Shown here: positions 29,575-32,000 of the stretch, in pieces
Layout: the number at the start of each line of letters is the position of its first letter
Position numbering within the stretch: position 1 is the first letter of the stretch
Assembly: GCF_003324675.1 (NCBI RefSeq)
Contig: NZ_CP030918.1
Location: 990,001 to 1,022,000, forward strand
DNA: 32,000 bases
Origin: Paracoccus suum
GTDB taxonomy: Bacteria > Pseudomonadota > Alphaproteobacteria > Rhodobacterales > Rhodobacteraceae
Direction of reading: 5' to 3'
Translations under genes and position numbers: made by a program
The notes under the pieces: model-generated
Databases searched by the model: none
Seen by the model: the letters and a program-made list of their open reading frames with translations, nothing else
Told to the model about the DNA's origin: nothing

Positions 29575-30041
29575 TGGGTGTCTCCCTTTTTCGGGTAGGG
29601 CGTGCCGTCCAGATGCGTCGGCCCGTCTGGCGTCGCGATCAGGTCAAGGCCCGGATAATGGCAGATGTTTTCCGGCCGGCGGCTGCCGACGATCAGGTAG
29701 GTCGCCGGCGCGTCGCTGTGGTTTTTCAGCATGTGGCCGACCGGCGTGCCCGCCCTCCAGCAGCAGGAATCGCCCGGTCCGACGATGGTTTCGACCCCGT
29801 CCTCGACCACCGTCAGCGTGCCCGAGAGCATGAACATGAACTCGTCCTCATGCTCCTCCCAGTGCATCTGGCTGCTCTGGCCGCCCGGCAGCAGCGTCTC
29901 CAGCGCCGCGCCGAACTGGGTCAGCCCGCCCGCCTCGGTGATGTGGCGATAGTGCAGCCGCCCCGCGGGCAGCGTATAGGGCGCCGGATAGCTGGCGTGG
30001 GCCACGGTCACGGGGACGCTGTCCTTGCGAAAGACTGCCAT
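29571..30041 (-). CDS. cupin domain protein embedded in the beta-oxidation operon
   Basis: 156 aa from ATG 30041, cupin_2-like motif QMHWEEHEDEFMFMLSGTLTVVEDG...GPGDSCCW..GTPVGH. 1-nt overlap with the fadA stop (TGATG) and 4-nt overlap with the fadB start. The track ORF (287 aa) is over-extended into fadA. Confidence 0.75.
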   Translation of the reverse strand: MAVFRKDSVPVTVAHASYPAPYTLPAGRLHYRHITEAGGLTQFGAALETLLPGGQSSQMHWEEHEDEFMFMLSGTLTVVEDGVETIVGPGDSCCWRAGTPVGHMLKNHSDAPATYLIVGSRRPENICHYPGLDLIATPDGPTHLDGTPYPKKGDTQ

Positions 30042-31252
30042 CAGACGCGCTCGATCATGGTCGCGGCGCCCATGCCGCTGGCGATGCAGAGCGTGGCGAG
30101 GCCCACTTCCTTGTCCTGCCGCTCCAACTCGTCCAGCAGGGTGCCGATGATGATCGCCCCCGTCGCGCCGAGCGGGTGGCCCATCGCCATGGCGCCGCCG
30201 TTGACGTTGACTCGGGCCGGGTCGACCTGGAACGCCTGCATGAAGCGCAGGACCACGGCCGCGAAAGCCTCGTTGACCTCGAACAGGTCGATGTCGCCGA
30301 TGCTCATGCCGCTGTCGCGCAGGATCTTTTCGGTTACCGGTACCGGGCCGGTCAGCATGATGGTCGGGTCGGTGCCGATCTTTGCGGTCGCCCGGATGCG
30401 GGCGCGCGGGTTCAGGCCCATCGCCTCGCCCCACTCCTTGCTGCCCACCAGCACAGCCGCTGCGCCATCGACGATCCCGCTGGAGTTTCCGGCGTGGTGG
30501 ATGTGCTCGATCCGGTCGAGATGCGGATATTTCAGCATCGCCACCTTGTCGAAGCCGGGCATGGCCTCGCCCATGTCCTTGAAGGCGGGCTTGAGGGCCG
30601 CAAGGCTCTCCATCGTCGTCTCGGGGCGCATGTATTCGTCGCGCTCGAGGATGGTCAGCCCGTTCTGGTCCAGTGCCGGCACGATGGATTTCGCGAACCG
30701 GCCTTCATCCCATGCCTGCTTGGCACGGCGTTGCGATTCCACGGCCAGCTTGTCGGCCTCCTCGCGGGTAAAGCCGTACTCGGTGGCGATGATATCGGCG
30801 GAAATACCCTGCGGGACGAAATAGGTCTTCATGGCCAGCGACGGATCGACCGCGATGGCGGCGCCATCACTCCCCATGGCAACGCGGCCCATCATCTCGA
30901 CCCCGCCGGCGAGATAGGCCTGTCCGGCCCCGCCCTTGATCTGGTTGGCGGCAAGGTTCACCGCTTCCATCCCGCTGGCGCAAAAACGGTTGACCGAGAG
31001 GCCCGGGATCGATTCGTCGAGGTCCGAGGCCAGCACGGCGCTGCGGGCAAGGCAGCCGCCCTGCTCCATCACCTGGGTAACGTTGCCCCAGATCACGTCC
31101 TCGACGGCGTGGCCCTCCAGGCCGCTGCGTTCTTTCATCGCGTTCAGCAGGCGGGCCGACAACGCCAGCGAGGTCACCTCGTGCAGGCCGCCATCGGCCC
31201 GCCCCTTGCCGCGCGGCGTGCGGGCGGCGTCAAAGATGTAAGCGTCGGTCAT
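30041..31252 (-). CDS. fadA: acetyl-CoA C-acyltransferase (3-ketoacyl-CoA thiolase)
   Basis: 403 aa from ATG 31252 (MTDAYIFDAARTPRGKG), preceded by GGAGGA. Thiolase active-site regions VNRFCASGMEA, NSSGIVDGAAA, NVNGGAMAMGHPLGATG, LCIASGMGAA. Confidence 0.93.
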   Translation of the reverse strand: MTDAYIFDAARTPRGKGRADGGLHEVTSLALSARLLNAMKERSGLEGHAVEDVIWGNVTQVMEQGGCLARSAVLASDLDESIPGLSVNRFCASGMEAVNLAANQIKGGAGQAYLAGGVEMMGRVAMGSDGAAIAVDPSLAMKTYFVPQGISADIIATEYGFTREEADKLAVESQRRAKQAWDEGRFAKSIVPALDQNGLTILERDEYMRPETTMESLAALKPAFKDMGEAMPGFDKVAMLKYPHLDRIEHIHHAGNSSGIVDGAAAVLVGSKEWGEAMGLNPRARIRATAKIGTDPTIMLTGPVPVTEKILRDSGMSIGDIDLFEVNEAFAAVVLRFMQAFQVDPARVNVNGGAMAMGHPLGATGAIIIGTLLDELERQDKEVGLATLCIASGMGAATMIERV

Positions 31253-31320
31253 GTGTCCTCCTGGAACGCGTGCGGGAGGGCGCTGTCGCAGCCGGGGGCT
31301 TCGCGCCCCCGGACCCCCGC

Positions 31321-31518
31321 GGGATATTTGCGCAAGCAAGATGCCTGCAAAGGAATTTTTAAGGTTTTGTCGGCAGGCTGCGGGGGCGGTACAGGCTGGG
31401 AAGCCGATGACCGCCAAGCGAGAAGCCGTCCCGGTCCCGCCGGTGAAAGATCCTGTCGCCCTTGGATGGGCGGGGGGCCGGGACGCACCGCGTGGTTTCT
31501 TGCTTGCCCAAATATCCC
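31321..31518. repeat. pair of 21-bp inverted repeats (20/21 identical) flanking a 156-bp spacer with an AT-rich core
   Basis: Left arm 31321-31341 GGGATATTTGCGCAAGCAAGA. Reverse complement of right arm 31498-31518 is GGGATATTTGGGCAAGCAAGA. The spacer starts with GCCTGC-aaaggaatttttaaggttttgtcg-GCAGGC. Confidence 0.7.
31323..31350 (-). promoter_or_regulatory. candidate sigma70-type promoter for fadA, overlapped by the left repeat arm
   Basis: Minus strand reads TTGCAG (31350-31345), a 16-nt spacer, then AATATC (31328-31323), about 70 nt upstream of the fadA ATG. Pattern match only. Confidence 0.3.
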
Positions 31519-31577
31519 TGCCGGAGGCATCGCCGCCTCCCCACGCGGGTAAGTCCGGGGGCAGGGCGCGGGCATGA

Positions 31578-32000
31578 TCAGAATGCCTCGGCCGGCAGCG
31601 CCATGACGGTGTCGGCGCCGCTGCGAATCCGCGCGAGATGCATCGCCGTCGCCGGCAGCTGGCGCGCCATGTAATAGCGTGCTGTCGCCAGCTTGGCCTC
31701 CATAAAGGCGCGGTCGGCGGCCGGATCGGCCAGCGCTTTTTGTGCGGCGGTCGCCATGCGCGCCCACATCAGGCCCAGCACGGTATGGCCGAACAGGTGC
31801 AGGAAGTCGGTCGACCCGGCGAGGGCGTCGTTGGGATTCTTCATCCCGCGCTCCATGAAGAACATGGCCGCGGCCTGCAGGTCCCTGGAGGCGGCCTTGA
31901 GCGGCTCCAGCACGTCGGTTTTCACGCCTTCCTCGCCCTCGTGTTCCTTGATGAAGGACTTGATGATCTCGAAAAAGGCCATCATCGGCTTGCCGCCGTC
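31578..32000 (-). CDS. acyl-CoA dehydrogenase, C-terminal 140 codons (5' part beyond the right window edge)
   Basis: The frame is open to the window edge. The sequence (...[18 protein letters not shown]...[36 protein letters not shown]) fits the Acyl-CoA_dh_C domain of long (~600 aa) alphaproteobacterial acyl-CoA dehydrogenases. Confidence 0.85.
   Translation of the reverse strand, partial: DGGKPMMAFFEIIKSFIKEHEGEEGVKTDVLEPLKAASRDLQAAAMFFMERGMKNPNDALAGSTDFLHLFGHTVLGLMWARMATAAQKALADPAADRAFMEAKLATARYYMARQLPATAMHLARIRSGADTVMALPAEAF

Noticed and set aside
31251-31577. 108-aa plus-strand ORF (and a 61-aa minus ORF) inside the acd-fadA spacer
   Set aside because: There is no RBS. The product is low-complexity, Pro/Gly/Ala/Arg-rich. 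The ORF spans both inverted-repeat arms, so the region is better explained as non-coding regulatory or repeat DNA.

Overview
High-GC (~65-68%) chromosomal segment of a Paracoccus-like member of the Rhodobacterales. This placement rests on my recollection that CtaC and cytochrome c550 are nearly collinear with the Paracoccus denitrificans proteins. The window is dense and almost entirely core housekeeping. I saw no transposase, integrase, CRISPR array or obvious compositional island. Gene order, left to right: ctaG(partial)-orf-ctaB-ctaC (aa3 oxidase biogenesis, minus) | tldD, dprA, topA, scoA, scoB (plus) | fliG-like, purB (minus) | DUF2853 (plus) | glnA, glnB (minus) | NAD(P)HX dehydratase, tRNA-Leu(TAG), tig (plus) | yihY/brkB-family, charged single-pass protein, cycA (c550), lipB (minus) | tRNA-Leu(GAG) (plus) | dtd, pfkB-family kinase, Zn-ribbon membrane protein, SPFH-GYF protein, DUF2927-like lipoprotein, telA-family protein (minus) | fadB-like, cupin, fadA, acyl-CoA dehydrogenase (partial) (minus). 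The best candidate for an undescribed system is the tightly packed four-gene cassette at 22218-27154: TelA-family, DUF2927 lipoprotein, YdjI-type SPFH with glycine zipper and GYF_2 domain, and a double zinc-ribbon membrane protein. It resembles the Bacillus pspA-ydjGHI membrane-stress module with TelA in the PspA position. That link is inference from domain recognition only. Secondary observations: a 21-bp inverted-repeat pair with an AT-rich core upstream of fadA; a fliG-like gene with no flagellar neighbours; a charged membrane protein translationally coupled to yihY; and long low-complexity tails on cytochrome c550 and TopA. Many ORFs in the supplied track are GC-driven antisense artefacts. 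I trimmed several starts using RBS position and known N-termini. The track also translates TTG and GTG starts as M.
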